A stretch of DNA of 64,000 nucleotides from assembly GCA_964016885.1 (NCBI GenBank), contig OZ024758.1, forward strand, positions 20,398,001 to 20,462,000. Direction: 5' to 3'. The stretch is from Eledone cirrhosa (lineage: Eukaryota). The notes beneath the pieces were generated by a model. It did not search any database. It was given only the letters and a program-made list of their open reading frames with translations, and was not told the DNA's origin. Numbering within the stretch: the first letter of the stretch is position 1; every line of letters starts with the position of its first letter. Shown here in pieces: positions 48,145 through 62,275 of this stretch. A program made the translations under genes and the position numbers.

Positions 48145-48914
48145 AAAATACACACAAACACACATACCCATACATATGTACATACATATATACTGGCTAA
48201 ATTGTTATACCGATTACCATTATCAGGATTGTGTTATTATAACGTATTCTTTTCAATCCCTAGCACACGCTTAATGTGATAGGGCGATCTCGTTATAAAG
48301 AATTTTTCGTTACAACTAATTTTTTTTTACCCCCCATGAATTTCATTATAACAGAATATTATTATATATAGGTTTTTGTGTATGTATACGTGTATGCGAT
48401 TGTATGCATTTATGTGCTTGTGTATGTGTATGCATGTATTTATTTGTGTGCGAGTGTGTTTACGTATGTATATATTTATGTATATATATATGTTTTAGAG
48501 AGTGGTCAGTATGCATCCGTTTTCCTGAGCCTATTGTGCATCTCTGTAGTTGAATGTTATCTAATACATCATTTCGTTGCCTCTTGCTTTGACAGGTAAC
48601 ATGTGTGTGTAGGCGTGTGTGAATATGTGTGCATGTGTGCGTTTCACTGTTATTATACAAAACTGGGTAATTTGCTTTAACATTCTGCGCACATTTTATC
48701 AAGGGAGACAACCGTTCTATACATCGAATAAATATAGGCAGTATGACATATCTATTTTGCACAGCCACATACCATAATACCTTACCCATTACTGACGCGA
48801 GTAAAATTGTGAATTATTAAAACATGCATCATGTTGTATGTTATATCACCATCCAAACATTTTCTTAGAGAAACTATTAAGATTGGTTGATAATGTGATT
48901 ATGTCAATATGACC

Positions 48915-49395
48915 TTAGTGGGTCGAGTATCAGGCTTGCAATCGGAAAGATGAGAGTTCGATACTCGGACCGGGTGATGCGTTGTGTCCTCGAGCAAGCC
49001 ACTTTATTTCACGTTGCTTCTGTTTACTCAGCTATAGAAACGAGTTGCGACGTCAAGGGTGTCAAGTTGTATCAGCCACTGACTTTCCCTTCGGCAACAT
49101 CATATAGAGTGTACACATATAGTATAGGGTGTATACATAGAGAGTGTAGAGTGTACATATTGAGTATACATGGTGTATATATTGAGTATACGTGGTGTGT
49201 ATATGGAGTATACATGGTGTATATATTGAGTTGTGATGCCACAGGTGCCAGGCTGTATCCGTCATTGCCTTTCCATTGGACATCATCGGTGGCGTGGAGA
49301 GGGGAGACTGGGATGCATGGGCGACTGCTGGTATTCCGCAAATAACCTTGCCAGGATTTGTGTCTTGGAAGGGAACTCTCTAGCTGCAAATCCTT
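48915..49395 (+). mobile_element. tRNA-derived SINE family 2 (CORE-like), interrupted by a ~22-bp minisatellite
   Basis: B-box gagttcgatac, core gttgtgtcctcgagcaagccactttatttcacgttgct. (tattgagtatacatggtgtata)x~4 at ~49138-49230 lies between two related gagttg..g.tg.ca.g.tgtatc segments. Confidence 0.7.
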
Positions 49396-49464
49396 CAGAA
49401 TGTTACATTGTGAGTTTCTTCATGTTCATGTGTGAGGGTCTGTGTTTCAATGCCTGAATATCTA

Positions 49465-49740
49465 GGAGTCCATATGTGAGTGTGTGTGTCCATACGTGAG
49501 TGTATATGTTCATGCCTGAGTCACTCTATATCAATGTGTTTAGTCTATGTCTGTCCATGCGTGAGTCCGTCTGTGTCCAAGCGTTAAGTATATGTGTGTC
49601 CATGCGTGGATGCATGTGTGTCTGTTTATGTTTGGTCATGCTTGAATATCCGCGTGAGTGTATGGGTGTCTGCGTGAGTGTATGCGTGCCCATGCGTGAG
49701 CCACCTTATGTCCTTGCCTGAGTCTATGTGTGACCAAGCT
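49465..49740. repeat. Degenerate ~20-bp minisatellite (gtgtccatgcgtgagt..)
   Basis: Recurrent ccatgcgtgag / catgcctgag motif. Confidence 0.7.
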
Positions 49741-51227
49741 TGGGTGTGGATGTTTGAAATAGATCCATCCAGAGATCTGAATTCAGTACAGGTTTATGGC
49801 GTGTATATTCGATAGATCAGCTACAATATGGCGTAAACTATTTTTTCTAAATGATGAAATGTATATTCTATTTGTGTTCCTCGATTATTGACATATGTAT
49901 CTGCTTATAGCCTTAAAATCCATATTATTCAATGAGTATAATGCAAGATTTTTACGTTTTAGTGAAATAAATACATGCTTTAACATTTATTTTCACCTAG
50001 TTAACAAATATATGGTATAGCATACGAATGAGAGAAAATGTGTTCACAATAATAATGAATTTATATTCTCAAAAGTTTTCTGAAATAGATGGTTGCAACA
50101 TAATTTGTACTTCTAGCCTTAAAAAGTTGCAACTGTGTTGCTAGTAAAAAAAATAAACAACAATTAAAGTTAACTTTGGCGGGTATTATTAGCGCGCTTC
50201 TAGAATGTGTAAATCCATTTAATCAATTCTAGTCTTAGCAAGAACATCATCAGAATTTAATTATATGTCCATGTGCTTTATAGATAGCCTATTGGCCGTA
50301 TGCGTAACTTCGTTCCATTAATATTCGTTTCACTAACGAGATAGAATTGTATTAACATTACAAATACCTCCTATGATGTTGTCTAACTCTACCAGGATAT
50401 TTATAATTATTCACATTACGCAAAGTCAGGTTTAATTAGATAAAATATAAGTTTATTTATTCAGAACAATACAGTATTACATCTGGATATTTGATATTCA
50501 AAAGAGCACAGAAACTGTTAGTATGTTCAATTACACATCGCAGCAATAACGAATAATACTTTAATAGCAACGGTCGAGCGTGCCAGTTTCCCGTTAACAA
50601 ATTCTTAATCATAATAAAATCAACAATAGTGCTGTGCCTATATTTATTTAGAGTATATTTAAACCTGTGCTGGCAAAAAATACCATATAGCAATAATATA
50701 ATTTCGAATTCAATTTACATTATGAATCACAACCTAAACATATATAATTTAGCGGGGTATTTAATATATATTCTAGTTTGTTGAAATAAATTGTGAGTAT
50801 AATGCATTTTTTTCTCAATATATGTTGATATTATTGCTAATTTTGTTTCCTGGGGCATTTAAAATATAACAGTAAATTAAATAAATTATTTAGTTTTCAA
50901 ATTCACATACAATATTTCGGAGAAATGTTTAAGGATTATATTACTATCCTACGGGCATAGCAGCTGAAATGGACATGAACTTTCAACAAAATCTAAAAAA
51001 ATTCGGTGTTAACCATTCTTATTTAAGTTAAATATATATGATGTGCCAACAACAGTGACTATATATATTCTTCATATTGTTTTATATTTGTTGAACCCCA
51101 TAACATATATTGTATTCAGACCACGTAGAAGCATCAGCAATGATGAATAAACCCAACCACTGCTGTCTGCTACTCTACAGAAATAACCAATTTTTCATAA
51201 TTTAAAAAGATAGAATATTTTTACAAA

Positions 51228-51330
<103 letters not shown>

Positions 51331-51554
51331 CTCTATATATCTCTCTCTCTATATCACTCGCGCTCTCTCTCTCTATCTCCTTATATATATTATATATATA
51401 TGTATATATATATATATGTGTGTGTGTGCGTGTGTTTGTATGTATGTGGGTGAGAGAGAGAGTATATGTTTATATTTAGTTATACATATATAGACACGCG
51501 TGCTTATATGCATATATAGGGTGTGCCCCAAAATGATATACTCACTTCAACAGC

Positions 51555-52001
<447 letters not shown>

Positions 52002-52046
52002 GAGAGTAAAACAAAGAATCCTTTAATACATCAAAAGTTTTTATTA

Positions 52047-52084
52047 GCCGACAATGTTTCGTCCTATTAAGGACTCATCAGGGC
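52047..52084 (-). ncRNA. Type-I minimal hammerhead ribozyme, canonical
   Basis: Minus strand: (AUU)GCC-CUGAUGA-GUCC(UUAAUA)GGAC-GAAA-C-AUU-G-UC/GGC(UAAU). GUC cleavage triplet. Confidence 0.88.
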
Positions 52085-52389
52085 AATCAAAGCAACAGGA
52101 AGTAATATCGAGATACAAGCCGGAAACTCTGAAGAATATGGAGTCCACATACACTAAAATCTTACAAAAATATATGATAATAAAAATGAAAATAAAAATA
52201 AAAATAATAAAAATATATAATAAGAATAACTAAGGATGTAGATGACATTAAGAACCATATTACAAATATAGTCCAAAGCAACTTTTGGCTCTGTTTAACT
52301 GCATTGAGCTATACCTTTCTATAATACGAAGAGGGTGTTTAACTCCAACACGCTCCAGTATTCTAATCCTTATATATATATATATATAT

Positions 52390-52507
<118 letters not shown>

Positions 52508-52525
52508 ACAAATATATATATATAT

Positions 52526-52564
<39 letters not shown>

Positions 52565-54447
52565 CATACATATATATATACATACACATACATATACATG
52601 TGTATATATATACATATATATATGTAATATATGTGTATGTGTGTGTAAGAGGGAGAGAGTGGGTGTGTGAGTGTTATGTATGTGTGTGTATGTGCGATCT
52701 TCCATTCAAGCAATTGCATGCTCTTACTGATATACTAGCTTTTACAATAGCAAACCTGTCACCGAATAATTCACTATTGCTATTATCTAAACTATTCCAT
52801 ATATTGTACAGAAGGGAAAGTGATATGATGGTTGTAAAATATTTAATCATTTCCCCACCTTTGAATTGGACATTTAGAAGCTGGCATAGCTCATTCAATG
52901 TCCTCCTATAATGAGATTTGGTACGCCTATGTTTTATTCTAAAGTGTTATTTCAATGTATTCTATTGCCCTATTCTCGTAATAATGATCACACTTATTTG
53001 ATTGCTTTCATCTACTTTATATATGCAACATTTCCATGCCAATTCTGGTAAACGACATTCCAGTAAGATATTTTAAAATTAAATTATGAAATAGTGGACA
53101 TAAATAGAGGTATGGTATTTGAGAGAATATTTAGAGTCACATGCATCTTTTCACATTTCTTAAGATGACAAATACGTCGAATCTTACGTATGATCTTAAA
53201 TTCCCTGCAAAAATTAAATTATTCTTAATAAATAATTTGCTGTCTCATATTTTCAAAGTTCATATTGAAGAATAGTTATTGAATTTAATCTAAATCCAGT
53301 TTATTCCATCTTTATTGAAAACGTTAAACGTTTTCAGTTACGTCCATTATTCTCGCGATTTAAGCAATTCTGAGCAAATATATACAAATATATAAATATT
53401 TATTTGTGGATAATGTTAATATCGTTTGCTTATGTAATGACGTAAACACCATATATCAAAGATAATACGCTAGAAAGGAGCGAATATTTAATATAACGAA
53501 ATATGCATATCAGTACACAGATATGTTAAAAGGGCGACTGAGAATTATGTATTCATTTAAATCGAGATTGTTTTGTTTATCTGATTGCAAAATAGTACTC
53601 CTATAACATGCTTGGTTGCATATTCTAATGTTAATATATGCTGCAAGTAGGAGGCAAGACTTAATGAAATATTAGTTAAACATGAGACTTTCTATATATA
53701 TCTGAATGTCATTTAAGTATCACTACATTTCCTATGCTAGTCATTGTCTTTAAGTAAGGACCTATTGACATTTTTACAACTGCCTCATTAGGCCAGACAT
53801 ATTAATCATGCAGAAATAAATAACATTTTATCGAATGATTTGGTTATAATATATATTTGTCCGTTTTTCCATCATTAATTCTAAATCCAATTATTATTAC
53901 TAAGCTGCCGATATAAGGGGTTAAACGACACAATTGTCCGGCATTCTTCTACCCACGTTCAACTGCGTGGATATAAGATTATTTAGTGCTTCTAGATGAT
54001 CAATTATTCATCAATTTCTGAACGTCTCTTGTCTTTGGATGACTGAACTATCAATTAATATCATATCGAAGTTCGCCTATGGAAGTTATACGGTCAATTG
54101 TTGAAAGCATTGAGAGAATTCATAGCCTGTCTGTTACACAATCTAACAATGGGCAACTAACGTTGGCACGTCAATTCTTTGTCTAATGTATCGTCATGTT
54201 TATTTCCAATGAGAAGATATATTTACTCACTATGACATTCATACAAATTAGAAATTATAATGTGTAATTACACACACTCGTTGTTTTCTAACAGAGACTC
54301 AGAATAAAAAAAGTGATGAATCCTTCACCATTTTCAGTTCATTAAACATTGATGGGAGCGGTGAATAAAGTTGCATTCCAGACGGAGAAATCGCATGAAA
54401 CGTTCCCCATTACTTGGTGAATACGGCAACTGCCAATACTTTTTGTG

Positions 54448-54536
54448 ATAGTAGTAGTAGTTGTAACAGTAGTAGTGTTAGCAACCATGGTGTTGCCTGT
54501 GGTAATATTAGTAGTAGTGCTGGTTGTAGTAGTAGC

Positions 54537-54592
<56 letters not shown>

Positions 54593-54742
54593 ATTTAATA
54601 AAAGTAGTGTTAGTAACAATGGTGTTCGCTGTGGTAATAGTAGTAGTAGTGCTGCTGGTGGTGGTAGTTGTAGTAGTAGTAGTAGTAGTAGTAGTAGCAA
54701 TAGTAGTGGTTTGGGTAATCGTAGTAGTGGTGGTGATAGTGA

Positions 54743-54779
<37 letters not shown>

Positions 54780-54855
54780 TGTTGTTGTTGTTGTTGTTGT
54801 TGTATTAGTAGTAGTAGATGTAATAGTATTAGTAGTAGTATCCGTAGTAGTATCC

Positions 54856-54921
<66 letters not shown>

Positions 54922-54953
54922 TCAGTAGTAGTAGTAGTAGTAGTAGTAGTAGC

Positions 54954-54984
<31 letters not shown>

Positions 54985-54985
54985 T
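54448..54985. repeat. Compound (AGT)n/(GTT)n trinucleotide microsatellite
   Basis: Directly visible. A second (AGT)n tract lies at 28901-29016. Confidence 0.97.
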
Positions 54986-55949
54986 TACATAAGTAAATAT
55001 GTTTTATTTACACTGAAGATTTGAGACTTCAATCTCATGTATGAAATTGCATTTTTATTGTCAGGATTAGCATAGATTAGACATTGAGATAGCGATTACG
55101 TTTTAAATCCTGTTTATAAACTAAATATACTGTGTGTTCAACAGTAAGATAATCTATTGTGTAGTAGTGTATGGAATATAGTACAAATATTAAGTTATAG
55201 ATACGGCCAAACTTTCAAATGTTTATACTAGCATGTTGATGATAAAAACATTTAAATTCTATTGTAAAATATTGCTGAACAGAAAATATGAGGATTTCGT
55301 GACTGGCACTAATCGCTTATCAATAGCATGAAGAATGCTTTACAATAGGCGATATTCCTAACTATAATTTGATTACTTAGAACAAATAATACAAAATAAA
55401 ACGTTGCTTCTGTAAGAGAGTAGAACATTATCCCAAATCTGCTTGAGGGGCAAATCTTGTGTAGATTATTTCATTTTACTTTCAATTCGATTGAAATAAG
55501 TACAACGATGTTTATAATAATAATAATAATAATTTCATTTATTAGCCACAAGGGCCGACAATACAAAGACAAATAATAATAATATTAATATATTTCTCTG
55601 TATAATGGCATCCCTCAGAAAGTAACAGGAAAATAGAATTCGGGCGAATTACCTGTTTTTAAATAACATTTATCACGTTTACTCGAGCGATTACAGCACG
55701 CTATTATGGCACATAGCTTACGAATGTCAGCACAAAAATATATTGTTGCCCTTCAGATAAAATGTTGTGTTGACAAATATCAGAAATACATAAAATATTT
55801 TCAATACTAATCACATATGCGTATTATCCATATTTCCTCTCTTATATCGAATTTATTCCGGTAACACAATACCCTGCAAGTCTTCGTTTGAAAGCTATCT
55901 GCGGTCGAAATCTAAAATAAGTCTAAAGTATGTCTTAAGCCATTTAAGG

Positions 55950-56200
55950 ATCGTGAGGTCGCTGATTATCTCAGTTTCATGGCGTGAATCGACTGAGAGT
56001 ACAAGACACTCACCTGGGCATGACGCCAGTCTATCGCAGGATTAAACTATCAGTTATCGCTGGTACGTATTTTCAGCTGCGCATATTGGAGCACCGTGAA
56101 ATGAAGTGTTTTGCTCAAGAACATAACACGCAATCCATCCCAGGAATTGAACCCACGACAATATGAACGTACGCCCAAAATCTTTAACAGGCGCTTCCAC
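55950..56200 (-). mobile_element. SINE family 2 (CORE-like)
   Basis: ttggagcaccgtgaaatgaagtgttttgctcaagaacataacacgc...aattgaaccc. Confidence 0.75.
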
Positions 56201-56419
56201 ACTCTGTAAAACGTGTCAGCAGTCAGACAGTAGTATTTCGTTAACACTCTTCTTCAAATTGAATACAAACATGCTTTGTTGAAAACAAACGTCTTCTACG
56301 AGATATTACGAGTCAGTGTACACCCAATACATATTTTCGTGACCATATTAATTCGATCCGTTAGGTTACGTTACACCAAACAAAAAATAAAATAAAACAG
56401 AAAATTTACACACAGACTC

Positions 56420-56820
56420 TATGCGCATAACATACTGATGAAATCATTGTGTACAGTGCTCAGGTGCACTACAACTCATCAAAGGTGCATGTATAGTAGA
56501 TAGAATAATGTACGAATGTCAGGAAAATGAACAGTGTACGAGTCATGAAAGACATGTGTGCGTCTGTACGGAGGGGGACATCAGGTGTAGTGTTTGCGAA
56601 TCTCAGGAAGCTTGGAGGTTTGAAAGGATGCAGTTCCTCGACAGCTAACAACTGATGCAGGTAGTTTGTTCCGTGCTTCAGCAACTCTCAGTGTGTAAAA
56701 ATGTTGCCGAAAGTCATGGGAGCTGGCCTATTTTCTGACTTTGTAGGCATGCCCACATGTATTAGACACATGGAAATCAAAAATGTGCTCGGGGCTTCAG
56801 TGTATACATGCCTAGGAAAG
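56420..56820 (-). mobile_element. CR1/L2-group LINE 3' fragment
   Basis: A minus-strand frame reads HDFRQHFYTLRVAEARNKLPASVVSC..SF, the typical CR1 ORF2 terminus (R.hFF..RV...WN.LP), followed by a 3' UTR. Confidence 0.7.
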
Positions 56821-58864
56821 ATGCGCTCACACACACAATCGAAAGTATATATTAAAATGGAAGATGATGGTGATTCAAAGAGTTGTATAGTATATTTATG
56901 ATTCGTGTATTACTTGTTTCTATACACTGAGTGCATAGTTATATGTATGCTATCAGTCTATGAGTATATAACACAGGTCAGTCTGTCATGAGGTTTCGCA
57001 TATCATACACCACTCAAACATTATCAAGCATTCAGTGAAAATCAATCGAAGTATCGAACCAAAAGGAGGATATGGGAGTTTGTAATGGCACGTAGTTTGC
57101 ACGAATGTTAAAAAAGATATAGATACTCTCGGGAAATTAAATGTTCTTTATAGAAATACGTCGTGAATGTCCATCAGTATAAACAATATATTAAGAAGTA
57201 TTTGGCAATGGAGGAGAATTTGACGTGTGTAGGTAGAATATGCCTATTTGTTGAAATTCATAGCTTGTGTTACTAATTCCATATTGGAGTATTATAATAC
57301 TTTTGGGGGTAAGAATGAAATCTACTTAGTAAACATTTTACTAAATGTTACAACTAAATATATATTGTAGTGCTTACAGTCATGATGTCTATTACTGATA
57401 TTTTTTTATGGCATCTACTACAATAAAGCTATAGTGATATTTCCATTTGATGTTAGACGATATGATGCGTTAGTGTTATGTGCTAGACGTTTTTTTCCTC
57501 CCATGACAATAATATAAATAGCAAATGTGTATAAATGCTTTAAATATAAATGTAGTTTTAGCACTGATTATGATTGATGCATTTTTCAGTCAAGAAATGT
57601 GCTCCCTAACGACGTTGTCATGTTTTGCTCGTTAGACTGGTGTGGACGATCGAATATAATACCAAGAGTAAAGTCTGTTATAATGCCAGGATAGGCAACA
57701 AAAACTGCGAACCGATCAATAGATTTTAGAACATACTTCATTTGCAAAATACATTTTCATAAACAAGTTACTGCCAATTTATACCTAAGTGACTGACTTG
57801 TTCTTATATCAATTTACACAGGGCTATAGGACAGACACAATGATAACACGTGGTTTCATATGTATTGATCATTTACATAGCTTGTTGCTAGCTGAACAAT
57901 ATTAACGACCAGCAATTGCTTATTGTGAAATTAGTTGGGTCTGTTTGCAAAATTGAGTATATTTAGTAAGACACCTTATGGTGTGCTGGTACAAAGGAAC
58001 AGATATTTAGATTCAGAGTTTAATAAATGCAATAATCAATAAATATTGTTAAAAGCCAATAGGAAAATCAAGGACGATATACAATACAGCTGATCAAGAA
58101 TATTTCAGCTATTTCCAGTAAAAGCTATTAATGATAAAATATCGGGCAATAGAAGTTACTGTGCCGTAGAAAGACATGTAATATTGTGTTAAGCTCTAGA
58201 TTAACATATTTCTATTTTGGTATAACATGTTTACGTATGTTCTCTCAAAAAGGCAATATGTTCAACATATCGAACATTGTGGACAATTTATAATTCACCT
58301 AATAATGTAATGATTCAGCAGCATTACTAGCAATGAATCCAGTTCCTTCTACCAAGTAAATGCAGAGTTTGTACTATATTTGAAACGACGGACATATAGG
58401 CTAATTCTGGGAAGTATTACTCCATATAAATAGCAATCGTTTATGAAAACAATTGCGCTATATATGTTTATGTATGCCAGTTAAATGAGAAAGCGTATTA
58501 TTCTATAGACACTAATTAATCTACTGTCTGATTGTAGATTTTTCTGTCAATAAATAATCATGTATTTTAAGGCAATTTAAGTTGAATAGTTTATATTGTT
58601 TTTTTTATTAATTACAAACATACTTTAATATATGTATTATATAGGTCATTCTATAAATGAACGTGATTTTGTGAATTGATATTTAGAAGTTATTTTCGAA
58701 AATTATATTTGATCGTTGAAATCATATGATTAATGATAAATTAAGGGGGGAGGGGAGACAACAAGACACATATAATTGACAATGATATTGGCATTCAATA
58801 CTATTTGTATGAGCAGCTACACGTTAGACACTCGCACGATATATATGCATAGATAAATAAAGAA

Positions 58865-59050
58865 AGCGGTGGATTGGCAGCAAAGAGTTACGGCCCTTTA
58901 TGATCTGAGTTCAAATCCCGCCGAGGTTAACATTCATTTCATCCTTACGAAGTCGATAATATAAAATACCAGTCACGAACTGCGGTCGATTTCATCAACT
59001 TCCCCTCCCTCAAGATTGCTGGCCTTGTGCCTATATGTAAAACCATTATT
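58865..59050 (+). mobile_element. SINE family 1 (a further 3' fragment lies at 59270-59352)
   Basis: tgagttcaaatcccgccgagg...ttcatccttacgaagtcgataa...gctggccttgtgcct. Confidence 0.8.
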
Positions 59051-59624
59051 ATCACAACAGAATGATAATTAAGTCTCAATCCAGATTCTTTCGAATAATT
59101 TCTTTATGTAAAACATCAAAATCTTTTGTTTTGCGACTACAGTATTGAAATATATATTTCCTATTTGGAATGCTATTCTCGTTTGTTTTACGTCAGATAC
59201 ACTTTTAAATTATTAATTACGATATGCAATGTATCGATAGTTATATATATACATATATATATATAGTTATATCCTTACGGGGTCGATAAAATGAAGTACC
59301 AGTAATGCACTGGAATAATTGCTAGGCTTGTGCCAAAAGTAGATACAATTATTGATTAAAGAAAGCAATATATAGCATACATGTCGATATATAAATTTGA
59401 GCGACAGTTTATCATCTGAGCGTCCTGCTATTTCTAGCTGGACGATCACATGGTAAATTAGAATGTGACTTTCTTTTGTGTCAAGAGAGTGATCGTAGAA
59501 CGTCACATCAGACACTATATTCCTGATTGAGTGTTGCTTTGTCTTTTATTCTCTCGAACGTAGCAGGATATTAATTTCATTTCGGTGTCTTAGAATTTCT
59601 GCAGGGTAGTCCTGATATTAAAAA

Positions 59625-59697
<73 letters not shown>

Positions 59698-59826
59698 TGA
59701 CTCTGTATACCGTTTATCTTTCACCGAAAGTGGTTTTTCATTACATCTCTTCTTTCCATGATATCCGGAATACATTGAGTTCTTCATACGGATTGGACAC
59801 TACCGTAAACTCTTGGTAGATTTATC

Positions 59827-59913
<87 letters not shown>

Positions 59914-59992
59914 CAGACAGAGAGAGAGAGAGCGAGCGAGAGAGAGAGAGAGGTGAAATTGGAAAATATATTTAAGGATCTGTTTTTTCTGT

Positions 59993-60070
<78 letters not shown>

Positions 60071-60075
60071 CTTAT

Positions 60076-60133
<58 letters not shown>

Positions 60134-60307
60134 GTGTGGGGCTGATTGTGTGAGTGTGCGTATAAATACATATATATATAAATATATAAATTAAATTCTT
60201 AAATTTAGGTATTTATAAATTCCCGGTTGGTTGGTTGGTTCCACGACCAGACGATTGTTCATATATTGTCAAAGTTCTTTCGCACAAAAACAAAGAAAAG
60301 ATCCCTA

Positions 60308-60350
60308 GTCACTGAAGAGGTCTCAGAATGTGTGACGAAAGAACTTTGAC
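60308..60350 (+). ncRNA. Type-I hammerhead motif in an inverted-repeat island (60246-60372)
   Basis: GUCA-CUGAAGA-G-GUC(11 nt)GAC-GAAA-G-AA-C-UU/UGAC. Confidence 0.72.
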
Positions 60351-60371
60351 AACATATGAAGAATCGTCTGG

Positions 60372-60424
<53 letters not shown>

Positions 60425-61401
60425 GAATGGAGAGTAACATGGTTGGCTGTACAACAAGGGGCTATATTTCAGGCATTAACAATTGTTTCATTCATCAGGT
60501 GTGTCTAGAGGCCGCTAATAGCTCGAAGTTGCGTCACTCGATCTCCATTTCATTATTTACCTCTGATCAAATCCGCATATATATATATGCGGGGGGAGGG
60601 GGCTGGATATGCATAAACCTATACCTGTATGACGGTAGATGAAGAATCTTTGCCACCAATATATTTCTTTGAGCAATTCGAACTATATATATCGGTACAT
60701 TTCATTCCATTCATTCGTGCGTCCATAACCATTGAGCACACAAGTTTTTTATATGTGTAAGTTACATCGTGTGTGTATTTATCCATAGAAACTTAATTGC
60801 TAACTCTAAAGAATATGTGAAAATGTTTATAGGAAAAATAATCGATTCAATTTGTTGGATGTAGTTTAATTTTGGTTTGTTCTCTTTCGAAACACCAACA
60901 CGTTCAGGCTACTATTACGTCTGTAAAAATGAAAATCTATCGTTAGAAGAGACTAGCTGTAATCTTCGTATTAGATAACCATAATGTTGTAACTGTTCTG
61001 TACCTTATTCCATACGTCCTTATCCTCTAGGTGAGTGTTTGACGTCTATGATCTGTCTAATACAACTATGTCAAGTCTATGCAGATTATACTTTGTTTCA
61101 TTTAAAACCGTTCATTTGTGCTACTACTTGTTAAAAGTAGAGTCTGGGTTTGACATGCTCCTTCGAGCAATAATTTCCAACGTATGGCATTGTAAGTAGT
61201 TTTCGTAATTCTGTCGTGTCTCTTGGGAAGCTTTCGCAACTTACATACATTTTTAGACATTAGCTGAGAATATTGTGATATCCTCATCCACCAGACTAGT
61301 TTGACAGAACCGACATTTCCTATCACAACTTTGAAGCTAATTGTTATCTAACTTACTTGTCTGGCATTTAGTAGTTATCACCTTTTCCAGAATAACAAAG
61401 G

Positions 61402-61438
<37 letters not shown>

Positions 61439-61631
61439 AGGGTGTTAAAGTTTGCTTGAAGCATTGTGAAATGTGTAAAAATACGTATTTAAGAAAGCCA
61501 CAACAATGCAAAGGGAAATCTCGAGGTAGGAAGTGAAATATAGATAGGAAAAACAGGTGAAAGTGAAAGTTGAGAGAGACAAAGATGAAAACAAAACAAA
61601 GGTAGAAGGGTTACCGTAGTAGAGATTTTAA

Positions 61632-61667
61632 TCCCAATATTTCGGGCTCACGCCCATCAACGGGGGA
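61632..61667 (-). ncRNA. Variant minimal type-I hammerhead-like motif in the PLE 3' region
   Basis: Minus strand: UCCC-CCGUUGA-U-GGGC(GUGA)GCCC-GAAA-UA-UU/GGGA. Stem I UCCC/GGGA, 4-bp stem II with a GNRA loop, self-complementary AAUAUU stem III. The core is CCGUUGA instead of CUGANGA. Confidence 0.65.
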
Positions 61668-61884
61668 AAAGTTCCAAAAGGGGGGAAAACAGGCCAAGCG
61701 GAGAAAGTGTTGATGTCGTTAAGACAGGAATGCCGTTATGGGGAGAAAAATATTTAAAATTTAAACGAGGGAGAGAATGCGCGTGCGCGTGATAAGCTGT
61801 GGCAAAAGCTACTGACCAAATGGGTTAAATCAAGAGGGTGCGTTAGCGTGTGAAAGCCTTAAGATATGTGTATGTAAATATATA

Positions 61885-62235
61885 TGTGTGTGTGACTGTG
61901 TGTGTATAGGTGTAAGTGTGTATATGTGTGAGTGTGTGTGTGTGTGAAAGGTAGTGGGCTGTAGAAGTTGGAAATCAAAGGGTGTGAAAGGTGGTAGGTT
62001 GTAAAATATGTGTGCGTGTATAAATATAGAAGTGTGTGTGTGTAAGCGTATGGGTATACATGTGTGTGTGTAACTGTGTATGTATATGTGTGAGTGCGTT
62101 TGTGTGTGAAAGATAGTGGGCTGTAGAAGCTGGAAATCAAAGGGTGTGAAAGGTGGTAGGTTGTAAAAACATGTGTGCGTGTAAAATATAGAAGTGTGTG
62201 TGCATGCGTATGGGTATGCATATACGTGCGTGTGT
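61885..62235. repeat. ~162-bp tandem duplication (2 copies, GT-rich) in the PLE 3' UTR
   Basis: tagtgggctgtagaag.tggaaatcaaagggtgtgaaaggtggtaggttgtaaaa occurs at ~61952 and ~62114. Confidence 0.85.
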
Positions 62236-62275
62236 GTGAATATAACAGGCCGTAGGCTGTGAATGGTCATTATGG

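Noticed and set aside
54410-54996. Poly-Ser/Val/Leu ORFs (also 28878-29060)
   Set aside because: Frames of the (AGT)n trinucleotide repeat.
52900-59200. Possible host exons in the long unique AT-rich stretches (also 3850-8000, 31600-34500, 39100-43300)
   Set aside because: No ORF with recognisable protein similarity or convincing exon structure by eye. Small exons cannot be excluded without RNA-seq.
60462-60500. Minus-strand CTGATGA-AT-GAAACAATTGTT hammerhead-like string (and CAGAAGA..GAAACAATGTT at ~45993-46022)
   Set aside because: Stems I and II cannot be assigned consistently. Possibly relics, not called.
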